Assembly: GCA_902554325.1 (NCBI GenBank)
Contig: CACDOH010000002.1
Span: forward strand, 72,275-136,274
Direction of reading: 5' to 3'
Length of the DNA: 64,000 nucleotides
From: an uncultured Pelagibacteraceae bacterium
GTDB taxonomy: Bacteria; Pseudomonadota; Alphaproteobacteria; Pelagibacterales; AG-422-B15
The translations under genes and the position numbers were made by a program. This document shows, one piece after another, positions 9,064 through 19,312 of the stretch (position 1 is the stretch's first letter; each line of letters begins with the position of its first letter). Below the pieces are notes generated by a model. It did no database searches, was not told the DNA's origin, and saw only the letters and a program-made list of their open reading frames with translations.

Positions 9064-9192
9064 ATGGTTGAAAAAAGAAGACTCAAAAGCAATCCAATAG
9101 CAAGAGAGTTGAGGACTACAAAATATAAACCACATAAAATTCAGAATAAAAAAAAAATTCAGGAACGTAAGCGAGTAAAAATTAAAGTATGA
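9064..9192 (+). CDS. unlisted 42-codon highly basic ORF (MVEKRRLKSNPIARELRTTKYKPHKIQNKKKIQERKRVKIKV)
   Basis: Hand-translated. Starts 3 nt after the stop of 8306..9061, and its TGA overlaps ATG 9189 of the next gene (ATGA). It fills the otherwise empty 127-nt gap exactly. 17 of 42 residues are K/R. Confidence 0.4.
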   Translation: MVEKRRLKSNPIARELRTTKYKPHKIQNKKKIQERKRVKIKV

Positions 9193-9854
9193 TTAGTGTC
9201 TCTGAGGCTGTTGAAAATCGAAAATCGATAAGATCATTTATTGATAAGCCCGTAAATGATGAAATAATTATAAGAATTTTAGAAAAGTCAGGCCGATCAC
9301 CGTCCGGAGGTAACTTACAGCCTTGGAAGATTTATATTCTAAATGGGCAAACAATGAATGACTTTCTTTCTTTTCAAAAAGATTGGAAAGGCACAGACCA
9401 TCCTGAGTACCCGATCTATCCATCAAAGCTTAAGGAGCCATACAGGACGTCAAGATTTGAGGTGGGTGAACAGCTTTACGGCTCAATAGGCATTGAACGC
9501 GAAGACAAAGAAGCAAGGTATAATCAGATGCTTGAAAATTTTAACTTTTTTGGAGCTCCTGCGGCGCTTTTTTGCTTTATAGATCGTCAGATGAACCAGC
9601 CTCAATGGTCAGATTTAGGCATGTTTTTACAAACATTTATGTTATTAGCGCAAGAGGAGGGTATTGATACGTGCGCTCAAGAGTCGTGGTCGTTAAAGCA
9701 AAAATTAGTTTCAGAGTTTGTCAATGCTGAAGCTGATCTTATGTTGTTCTGTGGTATGGCAATTGGATATAAAGAAATGTCTGCACCAATAAATAATTAT
9801 CAAACCAAGAGAAGAAACATTGATGAATGGGTGACGTTCGTTTCTAAAAAGTAA
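9189..9854 (+). CDS. nitroreductase family protein
   Basis: RKSIRSF, SPSGGNLQPW, and a C-terminal FMN-binding-like region, as in the NfnB/NfsA superfamily. Confidence 0.8.
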   Translation: MISVSEAVENRKSIRSFIDKPVNDEIIIRILEKSGRSPSGGNLQPWKIYILNGQTMNDFLSFQKDWKGTDHPEYPIYPSKLKEPYRTSRFEVGEQLYGSIGIEREDKEARYNQMLENFNFFGAPAALFCFIDRQMNQPQWSDLGMFLQTFMLLAQEEGIDTCAQESWSLKQKLVSEFVNAEADLMLFCGMAIGYKEMSAPINNYQTKRRNIDEWVTFVSKK

Positions 9855-9855
9855 A

Positions 9856-10749
9856 TTACTTATAAAGATTGATTACAGCTTCAGCTAACTCTTCTGGCTG
9901 ATCTTCTTGGATAAAATGTCCACCATGAATTAACTTATGATTCATTCCTTCACAACCAGGAATTAATTTTTGAAATATTTTTTCGCCTCCAGCAGAGACT
10001 TTATCTTCAGTTCCGAATATCGTTACTGTTGGCTTTTTGAATTGCTTTAAAATTTTCCAAGCTTCTATATTTTCAGGGACACTTGGAGCATCTGGATCCA
10101 TGGGCACAAGAGTTGGAAACTGTCTTGCGCATGCTAAATAGTCCTCGCCTGGAAAGGGAGCATTGTAGGCCTCAACTGCTTTATCTGATATTTTGTTGAC
10201 TGTTCCTCCATATACAATTCTTCCAGAATTAAACTTTTCAACAGTTTGACTATATTTTTTCCAGGCATCAAACCCCTCTGAAGACCCTTTGCCAATAGGA
10301 AGCCAAGTATTTGATAGCACAAGGCCATCAAATAGTTCGGGATGATTGGCAACTATTCTCAAACCAATAAGTCCTCCCCAATCTTGTGCAAAAAGAGTTA
10401 TATTTTTTAATCCTAACTGGCTTATAATTTCGGATGTCCATACTACATGCCTTTCATAAGTATATTCTTCTTTTTCTTTAATCTTATCTGATTTACCAAA
10501 ACCAATTAAATCAGGGGCAATTATACGTTTTCCACTTTTTTCCAAAATGGGAATCATTTTTCTGTAAAGATATGACCATGTTGGCTCACCATGAAGAAGT
10601 AATATTGTTTCATTACTATTACTGTTAACATCAACATAATGCATTCTGGCACTAAGATTATCAGCTATTTTAATCGTAATATAATTTTCACTAAAATTGT
10701 AATCTTCAAGGTTATTGAAGTATTCTTCTGGTGTCCTTAGAATTTCCAT
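9856..10749 (-). CDS. haloalkane dehalogenase (HLD-I, DhlA-like alpha/beta hydrolase)
   Basis: LHGEPTWSYLYRKMIP, nucleophile elbow QDWGG, AWKKY, GTEDK and GGHFIQED align with my recollection of Xanthobacter DhlA (LHGEPTWSYLYRKMIP, QDWGG, AWKYD, MKDK, AGHFVQE). Confidence 0.8.
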   Translation of the reverse strand: MEILRTPEEYFNNLEDYNFSENYITIKIADNLSARMHYVDVNSNSNETILLLHGEPTWSYLYRKMIPILEKSGKRIIAPDLIGFGKSDKIKEKEEYTYERHVVWTSEIISQLGLKNITLFAQDWGGLIGLRIVANHPELFDGLVLSNTWLPIGKGSSEGFDAWKKYSQTVEKFNSGRIVYGGTVNKISDKAVEAYNAPFPGEDYLACARQFPTLVPMDPDAPSVPENIEAWKILKQFKKPTVTIFGTEDKVSAGGEKIFQKLIPGCEGMNHKLIHGGHFIQEDQPEELAEAVINLYK

Positions 10750-10802
10750 AAACTAATACTACAATAAGATTAAAATAAAAAAATACTAATTATCATCAAT
10801 GA

Positions 10803-12041
10803 TTAATCTTCAAGGAATTCTTCTGCGTCAGGATAAAGCTCCATGGAAGTAGGGGCTGCACGACTACTCATTAATACAGTATTTCCTTGCTCATCAAGCG
10901 GTACGGCTGTTCGAACTGACATTCTGTATAGACCAAATAAACCTAAGCTAGAATGAGTTACAAATAAATAAATCCAGAAACCATTCGCTCCAATTAAGTC
11001 AATGGCTAACCCTGCTAGAATTGGTCCAAGCGTAAGGCCTATGCCTCCGGCAAGTTGAAGACCTGAGCTTGCGGCAACCATTTCTTTTTTAGAAAGAAAG
11101 TCATTAGTATGAGCAATAGCAAGTGGATAAAGAGGGACAGTCAAACCACCAAAAATAAAAGTGATAGATATTAAAAAGAAAAAACTGTTTCCAAAAATTA
11201 CTGCGAGCACAGCCAACAGTCCTGCTGACAATGATACAATTACTATAATAGTTCTTCTATCGTATTTATCTGAGAGGTATCCAACAAGGTATTGGTTTAT
11301 TGCACCGCCAATGATAAAGGTAAACATAAACATGGACACTTGTTGAACTGTCAGACCGCTTGTAATTCCATAAATAGTCCCAATGCCCCATAATGCTCCA
11401 TGAGCGAGACCAGTAAGCATAGCTGCCACTACTCCTAATGGTGAAGCTTTATATAATTCTTTAATTGATAAGAATTCAATTACACTAAAATCTGGCTGCT
11501 TACTAACAACTACCAAAATAGGTACTAATGAAATTGAAATAAGGATTGAAACCAACATGAATAGTGAAGCTGTTTCTGGATCAGCAATATTTAAAAAAAG
11601 TTGCCCTAAAGCACTTCCCGCCATACTTACCATCATGTAAACAGACAAGGCCTGTCCTCGATTTTCATTTTCAGATAAATCATTAATCCAACTTTCTGCC
11701 ACTGTGTACATGCCAACAAAGCACATTCCAGAAATGAATCTCATTAAAAACCATCCTAGAAAACTTATGTGAATTGAGTGAAACAGAATAGATATTGATG
11801 CGATTGAAGCTAAAGCAGCGAACATTCTTACATGTCCAACTTTTCTTATACGATGAGGAATAATTAAAGCACCACTTAAGAAACCTGCATAATAGCCAGT
11901 TAAGATTATGCCAGCAGAAAGGGCAGAGTATCCTTCAATTGATGCTCTTACTCCAATAAGGCTTCCTTGAAGTCCATTGGCAAGCATCATCATGCCAACT
12001 CCAAAAAACAGAGCCCATGTTCCCTTGAGCAAATTATACAT
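10803..12041 (-). CDS. MFS transporter
   Basis: 412 aa with about 12 predicted TM helices and MFS-like organisation. Confidence 0.8.
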   Translation of the reverse strand: MYNLLKGTWALFFGVGMMMLANGLQGSLIGVRASIEGYSALSAGIILTGYYAGFLSGALIIPHRIRKVGHVRMFAALASIASISILFHSIHISFLGWFLMRFISGMCFVGMYTVAESWINDLSENENRGQALSVYMMVSMAGSALGQLFLNIADPETASLFMLVSILISISLVPILVVVSKQPDFSVIEFLSIKELYKASPLGVVAAMLTGLAHGALWGIGTIYGITSGLTVQQVSMFMFTFIIGGAINQYLVGYLSDKYDRRTIIVIVSLSAGLLAVLAVIFGNSFFFLISITFIFGGLTVPLYPLAIAHTNDFLSKKEMVAASSGLQLAGGIGLTLGPILAGLAIDLIGANGFWIYLFVTHSSLGLFGLYRMSVRTAVPLDEQGNTVLMSSRAAPTSMELYPDAEEFLED

Positions 12042-12060
12042 AGTAATTTTAGAAATTAAT

Positions 12061-12558
12061 TCAAAGCCATCTTCTGACTGACTTCTTATAGTCTAAATAA
12101 ACTTTTCCAAATTCTTTTTCAAGATATTTTTCCTCAGGTACTATGACCCCATAAGTGAGAAGTGGAATAGATATGGCAGCAGCAAAAATGTACCACCAAG
12201 AATTAAATGCAACCCCACAGCTTGATAAAATAATAACCATTGCAAGATAAATTGGATTTCTAGAAAATCTGAAACTTCCCCCCACAAATAATTGATGTTG
12301 TATTGATTTTGGATGAGGATTTTCTTCATTATCAGAGAATATCTTCAAAGTATAGATTGCGAGTAAGAATGACAAAACTGCAACAGTTAATCCAATAATT
12401 AAAAACGCTACATTGCCTTTAAAAATTGGTAAATGAATTAAAAAACTATCGAGTAGGCTGGACACTAATAATCCAATCATTAGAGCATAAGGTGGAAAAA
12501 AAGTTGTTCTAGCCCCTTGGGCTCTGACAGGCTTTATAGGGTCATTTTCACGATTCAT
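12061..12558 (-). CDS. isoprenylcysteine carboxyl methyltransferase (ICMT/PEMT) family membrane protein
   Basis: Multi-TM protein. FSRNPIYLAMVI and EEKYLEKEFG are typical of the ICMT/PEMT family. Confidence 0.7.
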   Translation of the reverse strand: MNRENDPIKPVRAQGARTTFFPPYALMIGLLVSSLLDSFLIHLPIFKGNVAFLIIGLTVAVLSFLLAIYTLKIFSDNEENPHPKSIQHQLFVGGSFRFSRNPIYLAMVIILSSCGVAFNSWWYIFAAAISIPLLTYGVIVPEEKYLEKEFGKVYLDYKKSVRRWL

Positions 12559-12635
12559 ACATTTAATTTTTCTTTAATTTATTGAACATTTAATTTTTTT
12601 AAGTTAAACCCACGATAATTTATTTTACAAGAAAA

Positions 12636-13103
12636 ATGATGTTTAAAAAGCGAAATTCAGTAGAGCAGGTAGAAGAGAGCGAAGATCTTGCTCCAAAATT
12701 TGATGAGAACGGTCTCATTGTAGTTACTACTATAGATCACCAAACAAAAGAGATCTTGATGACAGGGTATATGAATAAAGAATCCCTAACCAAATCAATT
12801 GAGACTAAAGAGGCTCACTATTACAGCAGGAGTCGAAATGCCATATGGCACAAGGGAGCAAAAAGCGGCTATGTTCAAAAAATCAAAGAAATTTTAATAG
12901 ATGATGACCAAGACTCCCTTTGTATGATGGTTGACATTGGTGAAAATGGTGCGAGCTGCCATGTTGGTTATAAGTCTTGTTTTTATAGAGAAATTGACTT
13001 AGAAGATACAAAAAATAAACCGGGTTTAAGGTTTAAAACAACTAAGAAAGTTTTTGATCCTAACACAGTTTACGGAGATGAGCCTAACCCAACTAAACTA
13101 TAA
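12636..13103 (+). CDS. hisI: phosphoribosyl-AMP cyclohydrolase
   Basis: MTGYMNKESL, YYSRSRNAIWHKGAKSG, DDDQDSL, CHVGYKSCFYR. Confidence 0.85.
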   Translation: MMFKKRNSVEQVEESEDLAPKFDENGLIVVTTIDHQTKEILMTGYMNKESLTKSIETKEAHYYSRSRNAIWHKGAKSGYVQKIKEILIDDDQDSLCMMVDIGENGASCHVGYKSCFYREIDLEDTKNKPGLRFKTTKKVFDPNTVYGDEPNPTKL

Positions 13104-13117
13104 GGAACTTATTAGAA

Positions 13118-13303
13118 ATGGCCGTACCTAAGAGTAAGATATCAAATTCAAGAAGAGGAATGAGGAGATCTCATCTAAGATTAAAAGGTAAAAATTTTAT
13201 TGAAGATAAAGAGTCTGGTGAAATGCGTTTACCACATCATGTTGACATGACTACAGGCACATATAACGGAAAAAAAATCTTTACCCCTAAAGCTGAAAAG
13301 TAA
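13118..13303 (+). CDS. rpmF: 50S ribosomal protein L32
   Basis: MAVPKSKISNSRRGMRRSH is the canonical L32 N-terminus. Confidence 0.9.
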   Translation: MAVPKSKISNSRRGMRRSHLRLKGKNFIEDKESGEMRLPHHVDMTTGTYNGKKIFTPKAEK

Positions 13304-13306
13304 TTT

Positions 13307-14290
13307 TTAACCCCAACAAAGTTCTTCACCTATTTTCATCATCCCATTGGAATAAACTATTCCATTTTTTCTATCCTCATTTAGAAAACAGGGGCCATCA
13401 AGATCTATAAAATCTGCATTCTTGTATAAAGGCAGTATTTGCATCATTGAAACAGAGCTGGATACCATGCAGCCAAGCATAACCTTCAATCCTTTTTCTT
13501 TTGCTTTTTTTTGAATTTTTAAGGCCTCAGTCAAACCACCAGTTTTGTCTAACTTGATATTTATTGTATCATATTTTGCAGTGATCTTATCTAAATCAGA
13601 ACTGTCGTGAAAAGACTCATCTGCACATATAGATATAGGATAATTCATATTCAACAATTTATCATCGTTAGTTGATATCAGAGGTTGTTCTAACAGATCA
13701 ATCTTTGTTCGTACAAAAAGATCAATATTTTTATTTAAGTCATCCGCTTCAAAAGACTCATTAGCGTCAACTATAATTGTTGTATTGGGTAAACTCTCCC
13801 TTGCGTTAGTAAGAATTTTGTCTAAATTTTGATTATCTACTTTAATTTTTATTGTAGGGAATTCTCTATGGTTATAAATATCATCAATCATTTTGTCTGG
13901 GTCATCCAAGACAACGGTGTAACTGCTTGGAATTTCTTGAGGCTTTTGAATACCAAGCATTGACCATACAGACTTTTTCTTTTTTTTACTTTCCAAATCC
14001 CAGAGAGCACAATCAACAGCATTTCTTGCAGCTCCGTTATTAATAAATTGATCAAGATTTTCTCTGTTAATTTCTAAATTTTCAATACCATCTTTTAACT
14101 CTAATATTTCTTTTTGAACACTTTCCAAAGTTTCAGCGTATCGTAAATAGGGAACGCATTCTCCTATTCCAGTAAATTTATTGTCAGTAAGCTTTACTTC
14201 AATTGTTTCGGCAATATTTTTTGATCCTCTAGAAATATTAAAAGACTTATTTAGTTGCCAAGATAAATGAGAAATATCAAGTTTAATCAT
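13307..14290 (-). CDS. enolase-superfamily dipeptide epimerase / N-acyl-amino-acid racemase (MLE subgroup)
   Basis: KxK motif (IKIKVD); metal ligands in VDANESF, LLEQPL and CADES; second catalytic Lys in NIKLDKTGG. Confidence 0.75.
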   Translation of the reverse strand: MIKLDISHLSWQLNKSFNISRGSKNIAETIEVKLTDNKFTGIGECVPYLRYAETLESVQKEILELKDGIENLEINRENLDQFINNGAARNAVDCALWDLESKKKKKSVWSMLGIQKPQEIPSSYTVVLDDPDKMIDDIYNHREFPTIKIKVDNQNLDKILTNARESLPNTTIIVDANESFEADDLNKNIDLFVRTKIDLLEQPLISTNDDKLLNMNYPISICADESFHDSSDLDKITAKYDTINIKLDKTGGLTEALKIQKKAKEKGLKVMLGCMVSSSVSMMQILPLYKNADFIDLDGPCFLNEDRKNGIVYSNGMMKIGEELCWG

Positions 14291-15286
14291 TTATATTTTT
14301 TCTAAAAGATTAATGAAGGGATCCAAGTTGTCAGTTATTGGATCTATACAAGGTAGCTGATATTGGGATGAAATTTCTTTTTTTATGTCACTCGTATTGT
14401 CTTTCATATTAGAAGTATTAAGAGCAATACCAACGCAGTGAATATTTTTATTAGTTAATTTACCGCACTGAATTGTTTGTTCTATTACATCACCTATACT
14501 AGGCAGAGTAGCTTCGACACCTCTCATCTGAGTTCTAGTTGGCTCATGACAAACTATAAAAGCGTCTGGTTGACTTCCATGAAGTAGTCCAAGCGAAACA
14601 CCAGCAAATGAAGGGTGAAACAATGAACCTTGTCCCTCAATTATATCCCAATGATCTCTATCATTATCAGGAGATAACCATTCTACTGCACCAGAAATAA
14701 AATCAGATACTATTGCATCTATGGCAATACCATTTTCAGCAATCAATACGCCCGTTTGACCAGTTGCCTTAAAAGATACTTTTATGTTTTTTTCAAGCAT
14801 TGCTTTCTCTAAGGCAAGTGCTGTGTATTTTTTCCCAACCGAGCAATCAGTACCGACTGTTAGTAATCGTTTTCCAGTTCGTTTAAGTCCTTTTCCTGTG
14901 TTGAATTCAATGTTGTTATACCTAAGGTCGTGCAATTTAACACCATGCTTAATCGCAGCTTTAGATATTTCATCAAAAGAAGATAATCGTGAGTGCATAC
15001 CGCTAGCGATATCTAAGCCAAGTGATATTGCCTTTACAATTATATCGATCCAACCTTTAGGCATTTTCCCCCCGGCGTTAACAACCCCAAGTACAAAAGT
15101 TTTAGCTCCACGAATAACTGCTTCTTCTAGGGAGATTTCATCAATGCCAAGACTTGATTTTGCATTCGGCAGACTCATTTGGCCAATACACCATTCTGGA
15201 CGCCAATAGTTAATTCCGGCAGCAGTCTTAATAGCTAATTCATCTTTTGCGTCACCTAAAAATAATAAGTATGGTTTGGATATCAT
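14291..15286 (-). CDS. DUF1611 family protein (P-loop-like; DgcN-type N-acetyltransferase candidate)
   Basis: VGTDCSVGKKYT and WDIIEGQGSLFHPSFAGVSLGLLHGSQPD are typical DUF1611 blocks. Abuts the epimerase gene with a 0-nt gap. Confidence 0.75.
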   Translation of the reverse strand: MISKPYLLFLGDAKDELAIKTAAGINYWRPEWCIGQMSLPNAKSSLGIDEISLEEAVIRGAKTFVLGVVNAGGKMPKGWIDIIVKAISLGLDIASGMHSRLSSFDEISKAAIKHGVKLHDLRYNNIEFNTGKGLKRTGKRLLTVGTDCSVGKKYTALALEKAMLEKNIKVSFKATGQTGVLIAENGIAIDAIVSDFISGAVEWLSPDNDRDHWDIIEGQGSLFHPSFAGVSLGLLHGSQPDAFIVCHEPTRTQMRGVEATLPSIGDVIEQTIQCGKLTNKNIHCVGIALNTSNMKDNTSDIKKEISSQYQLPCIDPITDNLDPFINLLEKI

Positions 15287-15391
15287 GTGGTTAAGTCAGG
15301 GTTTGCTGTGGAAAGGGCGGTTAGTAAAATGTGGATAACTTTTATTCATAATATTATTCTTGTAGCATAAAATATCGTTTTCTAAAATTAA

Positions 15392-16369
<978 letters not shown>

Positions 16370-16377
<8 letters not shown>

Positions 16378-16969
16378 CTTTACAGCTCAATTTCTCTATT
16401 TTTGGCAAATCTACTCTTTTTAACTTTGAAAAATATTCCTCTCCAGGCAAATATATTCTTAGCGCAACTGAAAAGTGCTCGTCATTAGGAACTCTTATCC
16501 AGTTTTTTTCAGAAATTTCAGAAATAAAATTATCTTCACTTGTTAAAAAAATCTCAAAACCGCCTTCAAAATTAAAGTCAACCGTCTCACTGTTTAAGGC
16601 ATAGATTTTTTCATCGTTCTCAACTAAATAGCCATCTTCATTGTAGACAGTAATGCTCCACCATCTAGACTCAATGTCATCCCCAATAATATTGTAAGTG
16701 CAATTTCCCATTAATTTTACATCCTCAATATCGTTAAATGCATGAAAATAAGCTGCCTCAGGCTTTGAAAGCGCAAATGTTCCTCGCATTGCAACAGAAG
16801 CTCTTGTGTACATATCTCTATCTTTGTCGCCTGGGGATGGCAAAATCTGCCAATTATCATTTTTTATAAATGCAAATTCCTCATAAAGCTTGGCTGAAGC
16901 GTAAGTAAAAGCAACGGCAATTAGTATCACAGCAATTAAATATAAGAGGTATCTGCGTAATAAAATCAT
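16370..16969 (-). CDS. DUF1214-like membrane-anchored protein
   Basis: N-terminal TM helix. RWWSITVYNEDGY and NWIRVPNDEHFSVALRIYLP resemble DUF1214 blocks. 8-nt overlap with the downstream DUF1254-like gene. Confidence 0.55.
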
Positions 16970-17021
16970 TGTATAATCAACAAGTAATATTATTTATTAT
17001 CATATAACAAGGAATAAATAT

Positions 17022-18047
17022 ATGTCTGAAACTATCAAAACTGATTGCTTAATAATTGGAGGCGGTCCTGTAGGTTTATTTGCAGTCTTTGAATTGGGAA
17101 TATTGGGACTTGATAGTCATGTTGTAGATAACCTCGATAAAATTGGTGGACAATGTGCCGAATTATATCCAGACAAACCTATTTATGATATTCCTGCTTT
17201 GCCTGAGTGTACGGGTTTATCATTAATTGAAAATCTTCAAAAACAAATCAAACCTTTCAATACACCCTTTCATTTAAATGAAAGAATTAATGAAATATCA
17301 AATCATGAGAATGTTTGGAAATTAAAAACCTCAAGCGACAAAGTATTTGAAACCCCAAATATATTTATAGCTGGTGGAGTTGGATCGTTTGAGCCACGTA
17401 AGCCTCCAATTGAAAATGTTTCTAAGTATGAAAATAAAGGTATTCAATACTCTATTTCGAACAAAAATCACTATACTAATAAAAAAATTATAATCTTTGG
17501 TGGAGGCGACAGTGCTCTAGATTGGGCCGTTGAACTTTCTAAGATAGCTTCACATATCACATTGGTCCATAGACGAGATGAATTTAAAGCTGCAAATCAT
17601 ACTGTCAGTTTAATGAAAGAACTGGTCAAAGAAGGCAAAGTTGACTTAATAACTAAAAATCAGATTAGCGATGTTCAAGGCAGTGATAGAGTTGAAAGAG
17701 CAATTATTAAAGATAGTGATGGGAATGAAAAATCATTAGATTGTGATGAGATTTTAATTTTCTATGGATTAAAGATGGAGCTTGGACCTATTAATGATTG
17801 GGGTCTTAACTTGAATGCAAAACAAATTGAAGTAAATACTGAGAATTTTGAGACAAATCTAGCGGGTGTATTTGCAATGGGAGATATTTCTTATTATCCA
17901 GGCAAACTAAAGTTAATTCTATCAGGATTCCATGAAGCTGCATTAGCGGCTCAAAAAGCTTTTGTACGAGCTAGGCCCGATGAAACATTAACTTTTCGAT
18001 ATACGACTTCATCAAGTGATATTCAAAAGAAATTAGGGGTAAAATAA
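17022..18047 (+). CDS. ferredoxin--NADP+ reductase (thioredoxin-reductase-like type)
   Basis: IIGGGPVGLFA, GGQCAELYPDKPIYDIP, FGGGDSALDWA and GDISYYPGKLKLILSGFHEAA are typical of TrxR-type FNR. Confidence 0.85.
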   Translation: MSETIKTDCLIIGGGPVGLFAVFELGILGLDSHVVDNLDKIGGQCAELYPDKPIYDIPALPECTGLSLIENLQKQIKPFNTPFHLNERINEISNHENVWKLKTSSDKVFETPNIFIAGGVGSFEPRKPPIENVSKYENKGIQYSISNKNHYTNKKIIIFGGGDSALDWAVELSKIASHITLVHRRDEFKAANHTVSLMKELVKEGKVDLITKNQISDVQGSDRVERAIIKDSDGNEKSLDCDEILIFYGLKMELGPINDWGLNLNAKQIEVNTENFETNLAGVFAMGDISYYPGKLKLILSGFHEAALAAQKAFVRARPDETLTFRYTTSSSDIQKKLGVK

Positions 18048-18674
18048 TTGCTTCAAAAACTTTACGATAAATATGTCTGCCCTCATCTCATAAATTATGC
18101 GATGCAAATGAAACCGTTCAGAAAACAGAGAGAAAAAGTAATACCCTCTGCGTCAGGCAGGGTCTTAGAAATCGGTATAGGTTCAGGGTTAAATTTTAAT
18201 TATTACAATAAAGAAAATGTATCAGAGGTATTTGCTGTTGAACCAGACGGCATATTATTAGAAAAAGCTCAACAAAATGCAAAAATAAACAATATAAATT
18301 TGAACGTTCAACAACTAAAAGCTGAAGAATTGCCTTTTGATAATAACGCATTTGATACAATAATTAGCACATACACGATGTGTTCTATTCCTGGCCTCAG
18401 AAGTGCAATGTCAGAAATCAATAGAGTTGTGAAGCCAAGTGGTAAATTGCTTTTTTCAGAGCATGGAAAATCTCCTGATATGAATGTCTTCAAGTGGCAA
18501 AAAAGAATGAATGGAATCCAGAAAAGAATAGCCGGCGGTTGTCATCTAGATGTGGATATTCCAAATGAAATAATAAAAGCTAAATTTAAATTGAATAAAA
18601 TTGATAGTATGTACGTTCCTGGGCCAAAATTTTTAAGTTATCATTATTGGGGCGTTGCTAGTCCGCTGAAATAA
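18048..18674 (+). CDS. class I SAM-dependent methyltransferase
   Basis: TTG start immediately after the FNR stop, with GGGG about 7 nt upstream. SAM motif I VLEIGIGSGLNF; post-I and motif II present (FDTIISTYTMC). Confidence 0.75.
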   Translation: MLQKLYDKYVCPHLINYAMQMKPFRKQREKVIPSASGRVLEIGIGSGLNFNYYNKENVSEVFAVEPDGILLEKAQQNAKINNINLNVQQLKAEELPFDNNAFDTIISTYTMCSIPGLRSAMSEINRVVKPSGKLLFSEHGKSPDMNVFKWQKRMNGIQKRIAGGCHLDVDIPNEIIKAKFKLNKIDSMYVPGPKFLSYHYWGVASPLK

Positions 18675-18677
18675 ACT

Positions 18678-19307
18678 ATGTTGATGCGACAAACTTTAGA
18701 TTACGTTTTTTCAAATGCTGAAAAAAATAATCCAAAATCAATTTTACAAACAATCGATAATTTTGTTCTTGAAAGTGGTCAGTTCTTAATGAATGTGGGT
18801 CCAGAAAAAGGAAAAATTCTAAGAGACCATCTTGTAAAGTCAAAACCAAATAATGTTATTGAGTTAGGGACATTTATTGGATATTCAGCAGTATTAATCT
18901 CATCTACCATTGGAGAAAAAAGCAAATTAACTTCAATTGATTCAGACAGTCACTCTATAGAAATAGCGAAAGAACTAATCAACTTTGCTGGGTTAGATGA
19001 TAAAGTAAATTTTATGCATGGAAACGCTGAAGAAATTATACCCGAATTAAATTTTAATGCTGATTTTGTGTTTATTGATCATGCAAAGAAAAAGTATCTT
19101 TCAGATTTAAAGCTTTTGGAAAGAGAGGAAATAATTATCAAGAATTGTACTGTATTTGCTGACAATGTAGGGATTTTCAAAGACGAAATGGTAGAATACT
19201 TCGATCATGTCAGAAATTCTGGGAAATACCAGTCTCAAAATTTTAGCTCGAAATTAGAGTATAGAAATAATATATATGATGCAGTTGAAATATCGATTAA
19301 GAATTAA
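18678..19307 (+). CDS. O-methyltransferase (catechol/caffeoyl-CoA OMT-like, class I)
   Basis: VIELGTFIGYSAV, SIDSD and FVFIDHAKKKY match the family-3 O-methyltransferase pattern. Confidence 0.7.
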   Translation: MLMRQTLDYVFSNAEKNNPKSILQTIDNFVLESGQFLMNVGPEKGKILRDHLVKSKPNNVIELGTFIGYSAVLISSTIGEKSKLTSIDSDSHSIEIAKELINFAGLDDKVNFMHGNAEEIIPELNFNADFVFIDHAKKKYLSDLKLLEREEIIIKNCTVFADNVGIFKDEMVEYFDHVRNSGKYQSQNFSSKLEYRNNIYDAVEISIKN

Positions 19308-19312
19308 CTATT

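Noticed and set aside
14784-15209. Long antisense ORFs inside well-supported genes. The set is 14784..15209, 25669..26097, 36160..36471, 44717..45067, 50371..50697, 51136..51504, 53268..53660, 53839..54255, 6810..7070 and 8461..8718, among others.
   Set aside because: Each lies fully within a gene with strong family motifs on the opposite strand. They have low-complexity or odd composition, no RBS and no recognisable motifs. They are typical shadow ORFs.
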